Shown here piece after piece: positions 24,454-35,021 of a stretch of 64,000 nt of DNA; the stretch's first letter is position 1; each line of letters begins with the position of its first letter. Source of the DNA: Entomortierella parvispora E1425. Lineage: Eukaryota; Fungi; Mortierellomycota. The notes beneath the pieces were generated by a model. It searched no databases. It was given only the letters and a program-made list of their open reading frames with translations, and was not told where the DNA came from. Location of the stretch: positions 124,001 to 188,000 of the forward strand of contig BQFW01000001.1 in NCBI GenBank assembly GCA_020891255.1, in the 5' to 3' direction. Made by a program: the position numbers and the translations under genes.

Positions 24454-25833
24454 ATGGCTCGTCTCACCGATCCAGTAATCCAGGTCGCTATCCTGGGTGC
24501 CGTCTTCTTCTGCCTCCCTGCTTTCTTCAACGCCCTCAATGGTCTCGGTTCTTTTGGTCTTACAGCAGCAGATGCTCATATTTCCAACAACGCCGGTACT
24601 GCCCTCGGTGTCTTGTTCGCTTTCTCTTCCCTTGTTGCGGGTGGTCTCTTCAACCTGTTTGGCCATCGTTATTTGTTGTTCTTCGGAGGCTTGTCCTACG
24701 CCCTGTACATGTCCTCGTACCTCGCCTACCATTACATCCAATCGGTCGCATTCATCGTCGTGGCTGCTTGCGTACTGGGTGTCGGTGCCGGTTGTCTGTG
24801 GTGTGCCCAGGGTGCAATCATGATGGGATACCCAACTGAGGGCGAGAAGGGAAAGTACTTTGGTGTCTTCTGGGGTATTTTCAACGCCGGAGCTGTCGTC
24901 GGAAACATTATCCAATTGGCCATGCAGTGGAATGACAAGGCTTCAGGAGAAGTCGCTCCCGCAACCCAAATTGTTTTCATCGCCGTCGCTGTCATCGGTA
25001 GTTTCTTATCACTCCTTTTGTTGCCTGCCAGCAGGATTACCCGCTCTGATGGTACCCCCGCCGCCAGTGTCAAGTTCTCGTCGCCTACTACCGAAGTTAA
25101 GGCCATTTTCAGTCTCTTCAAGGACTGGCGTATGCTGGCTTTGTTCCCCATGTTCTTCACTTCCAACTGGTTCTACACCTACCACTTCAGCATGAATGCC
25201 TTGAACAGCCCCAACAGTGTCCGTACCCGTGCTTTTGACTCGATGTTCTACTGGGGTGCTCAGATTTTTGCTTCCGTCGCCTTCGGCAACTTCTTGGATA
25301 ACACGAGATGGACTCGCCGCACCCGTGGTCGCTATGGATTCTTAGTTCTCATTTGTTTCCTTACCGCTGCTTGGGCCGGTGGAATCGCTTACCAGTCTGG
25401 CATTGGTATCGGCAGGTTCCATGATTACGATTTTGTCAACACCACAGGAGAATGGATCAAATTCTTCTTCCTCTACTTCGTCTACGGAATCTGCGACGCT
25501 ATGTTCCAAGCCTATGCTTACTGGTTGATGGGATCTCTCTCCAACGACATGCATGTTGTCGCCCGCTTCTCTGGTTTCTACAAGTTTGCTCAAAACGTCG
25601 GAAATCTTTTGGCTCCTCAGGTCGCCAACTCTCCTATCGGTAACACCGTTGTTCCCGCATCTAGAGCCATTGGCCACGGTATGGGTGAGATCTTGATTTG
25701 CGTTGCTCTCGTCGCTTTGTCGATCATCTGCGCTGCACCTGTCGTCTTCAAGGCTATCCAGGACTCGACCACTGAGGAAGACGCTGTAGAGGAGAAACAT
25801 GAGATCGAGTACGAGAATGAGACCAAGGCTTAA
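24454..25833 (+). CDS. UNC-93-like / DUF895 MFS-type membrane protein, intronless, 459 aa
   Basis: QVAILGAVFFCLPAFFNALNGLG, GVGAGCLWCAQGAIMMGYPTEGEKGKYFGVFWGIFNAGAVVG and FFTSNWFYTY; about 11-12 hydrophobic segments. Confidence 0.85.
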   Translation: MARLTDPVIQVAILGAVFFCLPAFFNALNGLGSFGLTAADAHISNNAGTALGVLFAFSSLVAGGLFNLFGHRYLLFFGGLSYALYMSSYLAYHYIQSVAFIVVAACVLGVGAGCLWCAQGAIMMGYPTEGEKGKYFGVFWGIFNAGAVVGNIIQLAMQWNDKASGEVAPATQIVFIAVAVIGSFLSLLLLPASRITRSDGTPAASVKFSSPTTEVKAIFSLFKDWRMLALFPMFFTSNWFYTYHFSMNALNSPNSVRTRAFDSMFYWGAQIFASVAFGNFLDNTRWTRRTRGRYGFLVLICFLTAAWAGGIAYQSGIGIGRFHDYDFVNTTGEWIKFFFLYFVYGICDAMFQAYAYWLMGSLSNDMHVVARFSGFYKFAQNVGNLLAPQVANSPIGNTVVPASRAIGHGMGEILICVALVALSIICAAPVVFKAIQDSTTEEDAVEEKHEIEYENETKA

Positions 25834-26465
25834 AGGAGTTCCTTTCTTCCTCAACTTGTCGCAGTCGCACTTATCTTGTTAGCAGTAGTTATCTAGCTGA
25901 AATATTGCATTTAATAATACCCTTTTCGCCTTCTCCGTAAGAGGAATGGCCACAAAACTTATATTATTGTCGACTTTTTCTTCTGCACAACTGAAAGAAG
26001 GTTGGGTCGGAGAGGATTACTTCTGTTGTCAGAATAGCTGGTAACTAATGGCATTGGGTCCACAAGCAATTCCTCTACTCAGAGTTAAAGACTCGGATGA
26101 AGGGGAAAATCTATAGCAACAGGATGCAAACAGTCGATCGGGGCTCCTTGTTGAGCATGTGTAACGATTCACAGCTTTGTTCGTCTGGTTCTGATGTATG
26201 TGTATGGCAGAGGGAGACAGGAACGAGTGAAGACGCGAGTTTCCGGGGAAATTACGCGCGCAAGGAGAGTTCCCCTACGTCACAAGTTTTCACGTGACAC
26301 ATAAAATTGGTGGCGTGCTCCCCCATTGGCAGATTGTTCCCCTGGACGCGAATTGTTCTTCGTCCCTGTTGGAGTCTCACTTTTTTTTTTTTTTTTTTTT
26401 TTTTTTTGTGGATGAAGAGGACGATCTTCTTTTCATCTCTTCTCTTTACCGCAGTTACAACCACC

Positions 26466-28703
26466 ATGGACGAAGACTATGACAATAACAACAATAAGCT
26501 AGGCGTGCATGCGCTCGACCTTCCTGAACTTAGAGTCCTCCTCTCGACCTACTTTCTCGGCGATCTTCCCACCCTATCCATCTGTTCTCGCGTCAGCAAA
26601 TCCTGGCATGCAACCTTCAATCCTTTGATCTGGCGCTCGCTCCATGCCTCCAAGCTCCTGCCGAAAGGATGTCTCACCTCACAAGGGATCCAACACAACT
26701 CTCAACATATCTACCATCTTCGACTTGGAAAGGCCTATCCAGATCGATACCCCTTGGAGCACTGTCAGAGTCTCCGAACGTTGGCTATTGAGAAGGAGTG
26801 GTCAGATGAGCGTACTGATTGGGATCATCTGGGCGTCTCCAATCAGTATTTCTATGTAGCCACGGTGACGCCGACGCCTGCTATAACCACAACGACAGAC
26901 CCCCCTACATCCACTATCGCCGCCACTGCTGGCGCTTTGACCACTACAACCACCACGACCACAACTACAACAACGACTACAGTTTTGTCTGCAAATGAAG
27001 CAACGGCGTCCACTTCTGTACAGACGACCACCCTGTCGTCGTCCTCCCTGTTCTCAGAGCCAGCGTATGCATCCGGAGAAGGATCATCGGGATCGGGAAG
27101 TGGAAGCAGGAGAGACAGTGTTAGCAGCATCAGCAGCGACGATAGTTTGGCTAGTATCGCCAGCCTCAACGGCGTCAGTAGCATCGGTTCGGTCGGCTCT
27201 AGAGGCAACAATATCAGTGACCAAGAGGATTGGATGGAGGCGCTGGCAAAGCTTATTCGGCAGAACCCTGGACTGGAGCAATTGAGTCTGATGATGGACC
27301 GATTCCAGCCTTCAGCTTCATTCTGGAGAGCGGTTCAGACTTGTGGGAACCCTCGCGCAAATTTGGCTGAACACACTGTCGGCACAGACAGTGGTAATGT
27401 TGGCGCAGACATGGCTCCTACAGGACATCGAGGGCTTCGGAATGTGCTATACCTCAACACTCGAATCCCTCGATCGATGATGAGCTACTTTTTGGATGCG
27501 TTTGAGCATCTCGAAAGTCTCGTTATTCAGAACTGTATCTTTGATGCATCCCCGTTTTATACACTCGTGGATCGGAGGTTCCCGAACCTGCGCTCGCTCA
27601 CCATCAAGACCAACCTCTGTCTGGACCTGGCCTCTCAACTTCAAATGATTCGGTGCTTCCCCAGCCTCCAGTCTTTGACATGGTCCATCATGAGCAACCA
27701 CCATCTGCCGATCCAAGAGGTCTGTGATCTCTTGCAGTTGGATTGCCCCAAGATCGAGTCCTTGGCCCTTTCAGATCTCAACATGACCCCAACTCGATTG
27801 GAACGGGTCTTGCGATCGATGCGAAAACTGACACGACTGATTTTAACCATCGATACCGCGACTTCGATGATGAGCGATCCCCTGGTTATGGACGCGTTGG
27901 TGCAATGTGGTCATTTGGAAACGTTGAAGGATATTGAGTTTGGACAGAACAGGACAAAAATTGATTGCGGAACCATCTTGATGTTCTTGCAACATTGTCC
28001 CAAGCTGGAGAGGTTGGTCACGTATGGAAAGTTGGATTGCAGCCGACAGGCCATTTATCAGCCTTTGCAGCCGAATCTCCATGACCCGACCCATGTCCAT
28101 CACAGTCATGCCGGTGTGCCCGTGGCGGTGTCGATTTGGAGTCCCGAGAACGATGACAAGCGGTTGGCCCGAGATATCCCTTGGGTTTGTTTAGGGCTGA
28201 AGCGTCTTCAGGTGATCCTAACAGGCGATTCAAGAAACATGTGGCTGAACCCAGCACTACAGCAACGTGTGTTTACACAATTGGGTCGGTTGCATCAGTT
28301 GGAAAAATTGTCGCTGGGCCACACCATGCTCTGGATGTACTATAGCGGTATACATCATGGTCTGGATTTCTCGATCAAGGGCGTTCAAAGCGACCAGTAC
28401 CATCATCATCACAATCACCAGCAGCAAAATTACAGTCGCCACAAAAACGGTGGCAATGACACCAAAAATCGGGGCCAAGGCGTGGAGCGCCTTGCAGGCT
28501 TGAAGCGACTGGAGGAGTTAAACTTTGAAGGGATCCACCAACATTTGACCGTACCTGATTTAGAATGGATGTTGAAGAACTGGCCGAGGTTGAAGGTGCT
28601 GGATGGAGAATTAAACCCTGACAAGGGTGAGCGGGAAAAGTTGGATAAGTTCATGAAGGAGAACGGGTTCAAGATCACTCACCACTTGTATCGTCGTCGA
28701 TAG
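26466..28703 (+). CDS. F-box-like / LRR protein with Thr/Ser-rich insert, intronless
   Basis: HALDLPELRVLLSTYF...LSICSRVSKSWHATFNPLIW, LRR-like core, IPWVCLGLKRL and GLKRLEELNF...WPRL. ATG at 26466 (CCACCATGG) is preferred over the ORF-track start at 26307. Confidence 0.72.
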   Translation: MDEDYDNNNNKLGVHALDLPELRVLLSTYFLGDLPTLSICSRVSKSWHATFNPLIWRSLHASKLLPKGCLTSQGIQHNSQHIYHLRLGKAYPDRYPLEHCQSLRTLAIEKEWSDERTDWDHLGVSNQYFYVATVTPTPAITTTTDPPTSTIAATAGALTTTTTTTTTTTTTTVLSANEATASTSVQTTTLSSSSLFSEPAYASGEGSSGSGSGSRRDSVSSISSDDSLASIASLNGVSSIGSVGSRGNNISDQEDWMEALAKLIRQNPGLEQLSLMMDRFQPSASFWRAVQTCGNPRANLAEHTVGTDSGNVGADMAPTGHRGLRNVLYLNTRIPRSMMSYFLDAFEHLESLVIQNCIFDASPFYTLVDRRFPNLRSLTIKTNLCLDLASQLQMIRCFPSLQSLTWSIMSNHHLPIQEVCDLLQLDCPKIESLALSDLNMTPTRLERVLRSMRKLTRLILTIDTATSMMSDPLVMDALVQCGHLETLKDIEFGQNRTKIDCGTILMFLQHCPKLERLVTYGKLDCSRQAIYQPLQPNLHDPTHVHHSHAGVPVAVSIWSPENDDKRLARDIPWVCLGLKRLQVILTGDSRNMWLNPALQQRVFTQLGRLHQLEKLSLGHTMLWMYYSGIHHGLDFSIKGVQSDQYHHHHNHQQQNYSRHKNGGNDTKNRGQGVERLAGLKRLEELNFEGIHQHLTVPDLEWMLKNWPRLKVLDGELNPDKGEREKLDKFMKENGFKITHHLYRRR

Positions 28704-29809
28704 AGCCGTCGAACTCCCTTATAGATATAAGATTGTACAATAAATGCAGTGAAGATGATATTCACTAGAATGCTCTGCATGCTGCTCCGATCCCTTGGGA
28801 GGACTGATATCTCTGTCCGTTCTGCTTCATCTATCTGCTGCATCTGGCCAACGAGAAGAACCTGTTGATGATTGAAAGATGACTGAAGGAACAGACAGCT
28901 TGTTCGAGGTGGTGATCAAGCAGGAGGGATAAGTGGGAAAAGAAGGAGAACGGCAAGTTCCACATGAGAAGAAAAATAAAAAAAAAGAAAAATCAAAAAC
29001 TCGCTTTGTACATTTAGTTTTGTTCTGGTCCTCTGATTTCTCACCTCCAAGAGCCCTCATTGAGGAACCTTGGACCAAACTTTCCTGTTGAAGGTGTCAC
29101 GTCATCTCCATTGTACTCCAACCGTTGGATTATATGACCCAACAAACAATCGTCGGCTTCAGTTATGCCCATTGCGAAAGAGCACGCGGAAATTAACATT
29201 GATGTTCTGATCGCTTAGGAGGAGGAGGAAGATGAAGACGGACCACCGACTCGAACCGGATCCAGAGCTCGCCAAGTTAAGGCCAGTAAAGACAAAGCGC
29301 GGGTTCTGGCCAAGCCAATTGTTGAGCGGCGGCTGAAGGATCCATTGGTAGTCTCCGAACCGCCGATTCGTGCCAGATCCAAACGTCGCCAGGTTGAGGT
29401 CAGCACAGACTAATCGTCAGCTCTTGCCAAATAACCCCCCTGGGACAGCGGCCGGTGCATCAATTAACAACCTCTGTTGACGGCTGTTTGGGGCGAAGAC
29501 AACGGCTAGGACAAAAGCGCTGGTGTTTCCAAGCCCCACTGCCTCTCCCCCAGAGCCAACTTCGCTGCAGCTCATGCTGGGTCCACACCTGTAAGTTACG
29601 GTGCAAACCTTGAATCTGGCCAGTGTGCCTTTCCTACACAAACTGAAGATGCCCATTATCTAGGAGCCCTGCCAGTAGGGCGCACGTAATGTAGTATATC
29701 CTCATCCGTCCTTTGTTGAATAATGAAAAAAAAAAAAAAAAAAAAAAAAAAACAGAAATGAAATCCGACTTGGACCGTGCACAAGAGGACAGATCAAAAC
29801 ACCAATTGG

Positions 29810-31340
29810 TCGAAGCGCGTTTTTCCCCCTGGCGTCTCTCCCGTCTGCTCTCCTCTCATCGACTTCTCATGTCTCCATCTCTCCATGCCCTGCCTGCATC
29901 GCCCCATTCCACCATCCTTCTCCATCACCGCTCTTTCATCCATGCATTAGCCTCCATTCACTCCATCTCTCAGTCATCGACTTGATGCATCTCTTGATTC
30001 TCTTGGCATGGCGAGGTTTAACTGCACTTGTGAAGACTATTGAGGTCCAAAAGACCTGATCTCCTTCACAATGGTTGCCTTGGCTGACTTACCTTTCAAA
30101 CAAGATGATTCACACATGAGATCAACTTTAGTAGCGGGACAAATGGTCGAATGTTTATTCATCACCAACTTTGTAAAGTAGTAGTAGTAGTTTATTTTTT
30201 GAAGTTCTTTTTCGCAAGTCCATTTTTTTTTTTTGGTCAGAATTAAAGAGAGAAAACAAGAATTTTAATAATAGAGTGCTTTGAAATGGAGTGGAAGTGG
30301 AAGAGAGTGCTTTGAAAGTGGAAGAGAGTGCTATGGAAGTGGAAAAAAAGGGGAGAAAAGTTAAGTTTCGAAGAAAAAAAATGGTTTGTGGAAGAGATAA
30401 AGTGAGTTGGCGTACCAAGTCCCCCGATGTTTGTTATAGATGCTGACGACTGCGTGCCATCACCACATCCCATCGGGGATCAAGGATTTGTGGAAGAAAC
30501 AAAGAGCAGTACCAAGTCCCCGATGTTCGCTGACGACTCTGGGCCATCACCTCATCACATCGGCATCATGGATTACGGCCCACTATCCTAACTACACTAG
30601 GGCTAAACTAACTAGTCTAGAAGCGAAGGAAGAGGGACGGAAGAAAAGGAAGTTTTCTCTCTTGATTCTTGTTTCTTGAATTCTTGTTTCTTGTTTCTTG
30701 GATGGGGGGCCCTAGACCAAAGAGGGCAGGGAGGCAACTGTGTTTGAGAGGCAGGCCAGGCGGTCTTGAGGGCCAAGGTCAAGTCTGAAAGGGTTGGATG
30801 ACCTTGAGGCCGAGGGAGGCTGAGGCTTGGGCCGGGGCAGGCAAGCGGGCAGGCGGTCTTGAGTCCGAGGCGGGTCTTGAGGGCCAAGGTCAAGCCATGA
30901 GAAGGCAGACAACTTTGAGGCCGAGGCTTGCGCTTGAAAGGGCGGGCAAGTTTGTGGCCAAAGGCTTGAAAGGGCAGGCAGGTTTGCGGCCAAAGACTTG
31001 AAAGGGCAGGCAGGTTTGCGGCCAAAGACTTGGAAGGGCAGGCAGGTTTGCGGCCAGAGTCTTGGAAGGACATGAAAGGTGGGCCGGGAAATCAAGACCG
31101 TTGGGACCGGGGCCAAGGAGGGCAGGACCGAAGCTGAAGGGCCGATGTCGTTGGACCGGAGTCACTTGTTGCTGGCCGATGGGAGGATGGAAGCATGGTG
31201 GTGTGTGCTTTATGTGCTTTGTGTGCTTTGTGTGCTTTGTGTGCTTTGTGTGCTTTGTGTGTCTGGAAGGGGAGTGAAGAAGAAAAGAAGGATGAGGAGC
31301 AAAAAAAAGAGGGGGAATCATGGGGGGTATTTGTATGAAA
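29810..31340 (+). repeat. Left arm of large palindrome (inverted repeat), with internal 32-bp and 9-bp tandem subrepeats
   Basis: Reverse complement of 31769-33300. Mirrored ORFs 30155..30418/32696..32959, 30243..30473/32641..32871 and 30440..30679/32435..32674 have identical translations; their coordinates sum to 63114 (axis ~31557). Confidence 0.95.
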
Positions 31341-31768
31341 AGTGTTTAACTTATCGACTGCGGCCCCCCCACGACATGGCGACATGAGGGAGGGAGGAAA
31401 TCGATTGGTCCAAGGGTGAGAGAACAGCGAAGGAAGGATGGCGATAGGCCCGCCGAAACATGTGAAAGAGAAGATAAGCGAGAGAGCAGACGTTAACTTT
31501 GGGTGTAGAGCGAAAATAAGAGAACTGACTGCGCGTGGACGCGAAGTCAGACGTGCCATTTTGCCATGGAGGATGAAAATAAGGGAACTGGCCACGCGTG
31601 AACGGGCCATTTTTGCCATGGTGGATGAAAATAAGGTGGCAGATGGCGACGCGTTTTCGCTTTTTTTTTGAAATTTGGTGAAATTCTGAAAAACAATGAT
31701 GGCTTGGCGGATGAAAACAAAACAACATCCTCAACTTGGGCGAAGTACGGTCCACCTCCAACAGTCCC
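31341..31768. other. Unique 428-bp spacer of the palindrome containing three ~52-63 bp direct repeats
   Basis: GAAAATAAG at 31512, 31575 and 31627; GCCATTTT(T)GCCATGG at 31555 and 31606; ACGCGT at 31594 and 31649. Confidence 0.8.
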
Positions 31769-33300
31769 TTTCATACATATACCCCCATGATTCCCCCTCT
31801 TTTTTTGCTCCTCATCCTTCTTTTCTTCTTCACTCCCCTTCCAGACACGCAAAGCACACAAAGCACACAAAGCACACAAAGCACACAAAGCACATAAAGC
31901 ACACACCACCATGCTTCCATCCTCCCATCGGCCAGCAACAAGTGACTCCGGTCCAACGACATCGGCCCTTCAGCTTCGGTCCTGCCCTCCTTGGCCCCGG
32001 TCCCAACGGTCTTGATTTCCCGGCCCACCTTTCATGTCCTTCCAAGACTCTGGCCGCGAACCTGCCTGCCCTCCAAGACTCTGGCCGCAAATCTGCCTGC
32101 CTTTCCAAGTCTCTGGCCGCAAACCTGCAAACCTGCCTGCACTTTCAAGTCTTGGGCCGCAAGGTTGCCTGCCTTTTCAAGCTCAAGCCTCGGCCTAAAA
32201 GTTGTCTGCCTTCTCATGGCTTGACCTTGGCCCTCAAAACCTGCCTCGGCCACAAGACCGCCTGCCCGCTTGCCTGCCCCGGCCCAAGCCTCAGCCTCCC
32301 TCGGCCTCAAGGTCATCCAACCCTTTCAGACTTGACCTTGGCCCTCAAGACCGCCTGGCCTGCCTCTCAAACACAGTTGCCTCCCTGCCCTCTTTGGTCT
32401 AGGGCCCCCCATCCAAGAAACAAGAAACAAGAATTCAAGAAACAAGAATCAAGAGAGAAAACTTCCTTTTCTTCCGTCCCTCTTCCTTCGCTTCTAGACT
32501 AGTTAGTTTAGCCCTAGTGTAGTTAGGATAGTGGGCCGTAATCCATGATGCCGATGTGATGAGGTGATGGCCCAGAGTCGTCAGCGAACATCGGGGACTT
32601 GGTACTGCTCTTTGTTTCTTCCACAAATCCTTGATCCCCGATGGGATGTGGTGATGGCACGCAGTCGTCAGCATCTATAACAAACATCGGGGGACTTGGT
32701 ACGCCAACTCACTTTATCTCTTCCACAAACCATTTTTTTTCTTCGAAACTTAACTTTTCTCCCCTTTTTTTCCACTTCCATAGCACTCTCTTCCACTTTC
32801 AAAGCACTCTCTTCCACTTCCACTCCATTTCAAAGCACTCTATTATTAAAATTCTTGTTTTCTCTCTTTAATTCTGACCAAAAAAAAAAAATGGACTTGC
32901 GAAAAAGAACTTCAAAAAATAAACTACTACTACTACTTTACAAAGTTGGTGATGAATAAACATTCGACCATTTGTCCCGCTACTAAAGTTGATCTCATGT
33001 GTGAATCATCTTGTTTGAAAGGTAAGTCAGCCAAGGCAACCATTGTGAAGGAGATCAGGTCTTTTGGACCTCAATAGTCTTCACAAGTGCAGTTAAACCT
33101 CGCCATGCCAAGAGAATCGAGAGATGCATCGAGTCAATGACTGAGAGATGGGGTGAATGTAAGGCAAATGAGCATGCATGCGTTTGAACGAATGGAATGC
33201 TGGAAGAAGGATGGAGGGATGCAGAGATGGAATGGAAGCATGGCCACCAAAGAGGACGCGCTTCGCCCAAAGATCAAAGAAAAGAGCCCATTTTTTTTGT
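31769..33300 (-). repeat. Right arm of large palindrome
   Basis: Inverted copy of 29810-31340. Apparently identical over ~32260-33117, more diverged in the 32-bp array and distal to 33117. Confidence 0.95.
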
Positions 33301-34870
33301 CTTCTTTGTCCTGCTTTGTCCTTTGTCCTTCTGGTCCTGTGGACCTCTGGTCCTCACTCTTCTGAGCCAATGCACCCACCTCTCATCTCCATGGATCATG
33401 AGTGAATATGGTATCTGTTCATTCTTCCTGCCCCCGCTCTCTGGTCAACAGCATATATTGTCCATCGTTTTGCCACAGGCCTTATCTCTAATGGCTCCAA
33501 GGACCAACAACGGCCACATAGATTCGAGGTTGTCTCTTCTTTATTTTTCTCTGCGCCCTCAAACTAATACTATCTATCGGCTCGCAAATGACGATTCATC
33601 ATCTATTGTACATCTTTCATAAAGCCCTGATGGTTTTACAAAATGGCAGGCGTCAATTGACGCAGTTGCTATGGACGACAAGAGTTTGAACATTAGAAGG
33701 CAAAGAGTCCATTCAGTTCTCGTGTGGAAACAAAAAGTTGTCGAGACATCAAAACCTCGCAGGAGATTGCTGTTATTTTTTCTTTTTCTGCATCTCTTTT
33801 GTTCTGGTTCTTGCTTTCGTTTCTTGTGGGTGGGCTGTCCTATCTGAAGAGAGGGCATCCTCCGTGGTCTTTCTCGGCTTTTACTGCGCTTCTTGGATCC
33901 AACTGCAGTGGAAGCAGCGTTGATACCAGAGGAAGGACCTTACCTCTGCATCTTGTTGTCCGCTCAGTGTTTGCAGAATGTCAATTTGATGTTCCAACAC
34001 ATGCAAAGATGAAGGCAAGACAATTATAGCGGTGTATGGCTCGGGTTGTCTGTTTATGCCTTGATGTCTAATGATTGTCATCGAAGAGCCATCCACAATT
34101 GTTTAGGGACGGTGATAGCTGCTGTAGATTAAGGTAGTTGATTTCGAGCGACACCTCTCGTGAAGCGGCACTTCAAACCGTGTATGCTCATGATTGTTGA
34201 TCAGCGACGGTGGCAATGCGCTAATTGATGCCCTTTCATCCCACGTTGAGGTGTAGAGAGTTGATGCTTGATGTTTGAGTGGCATCTATTGTGGTACTCT
34301 TGTGTTGCTGGTTCTCGGTTACGTAGGAATGAGCGGCGACGAGTGATAAGATGACGCCCAGATTCCCGCGTCCAGAGATGTTGGTCGAATATATGATAAA
34401 TGGGCGGTACGTAGTATCTGTTGTCCGTCACTGTATTTCAAGTCTTGGCGTTGACGATGTCGAGAAACAGGAGAATCTCGGATTCCACGTATTCGATGAG
34501 GATGGGTGGGTACAGAATAACGGATGGCGGGGTGGTATCCGTGGCTAGGCTTTCACGTTACATGACTTGAGGTTTTGGTGTTGATGATGGCAACTGACAA
34601 ATGAATGGCCAGTGGTCCTGAATCCAATTAGGACGGATAGATGCAAGATAGCTGGATGGCATCCATGGACAGACTCTCGTCTCGCTGGCCCTTGCATTTG
34701 GGTTCTGGTGTTGACGGGGGGCAGGTTGCATGGATGTTCCTACGTCCATGAAGCTGGATGGACAAGAGGAAAGGACGGTATCTATCGTTGAGTTTCCGTC
34801 TCGCCGGGTCTTGTGATCTGGATGATGATGTTGACGAGGGGCAGATTGGATGGATGCTGCCGCCAGAGTT
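33300..34870 (-). repeat. Non-coding block contiguous with the right arm; inverted homologue of ~61900-63450
   Basis: Colinear inverted peptide matches in the ORF track: FLVGGLSY (33724..34029 vs 62675..62923), ESGRHLIT (34201..34431 vs 62328..62510), LTRGRLDGC (34813..35010 vs 61883..62092). Confidence 0.88.
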
Positions 34871-35021
34871 GGAATTATCGCCTCCTTTGTTTTGACCGGA
34901 TCATGACTTTTGGTAGAGCAATGTTGTGGGTATTGTTCAGAGAATGGCGCTTGAAAAATTCATGGAGACTCCAAAATGCTTTTATTGAAGGAATGGCCAG
35001 AAGGCTCTAGAAAGAAACCTC

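Noticed and set aside
29215-29413. Short plus-strand exon-like frame EEEEDEDGPP...RRQVEVSTD after an AG
   Set aside because: No supportable start or upstream exon and no homology recognised.
32945-33030. GTGATGA box-C-like motif and a GTAAGT donor in the conserved arm segment
   Set aside because: No convincing box D, terminal stem or rRNA guide. The donor and the short ATG frame are disrupted in the 63.8 kb copy.
30155-33622. ORFs within the palindrome arms (e.g. 31696..32502, 268 aa)
   Set aside because: Derived from tandem subrepeats and low-complexity sequence; frames are not kept between arms or in the third copy.
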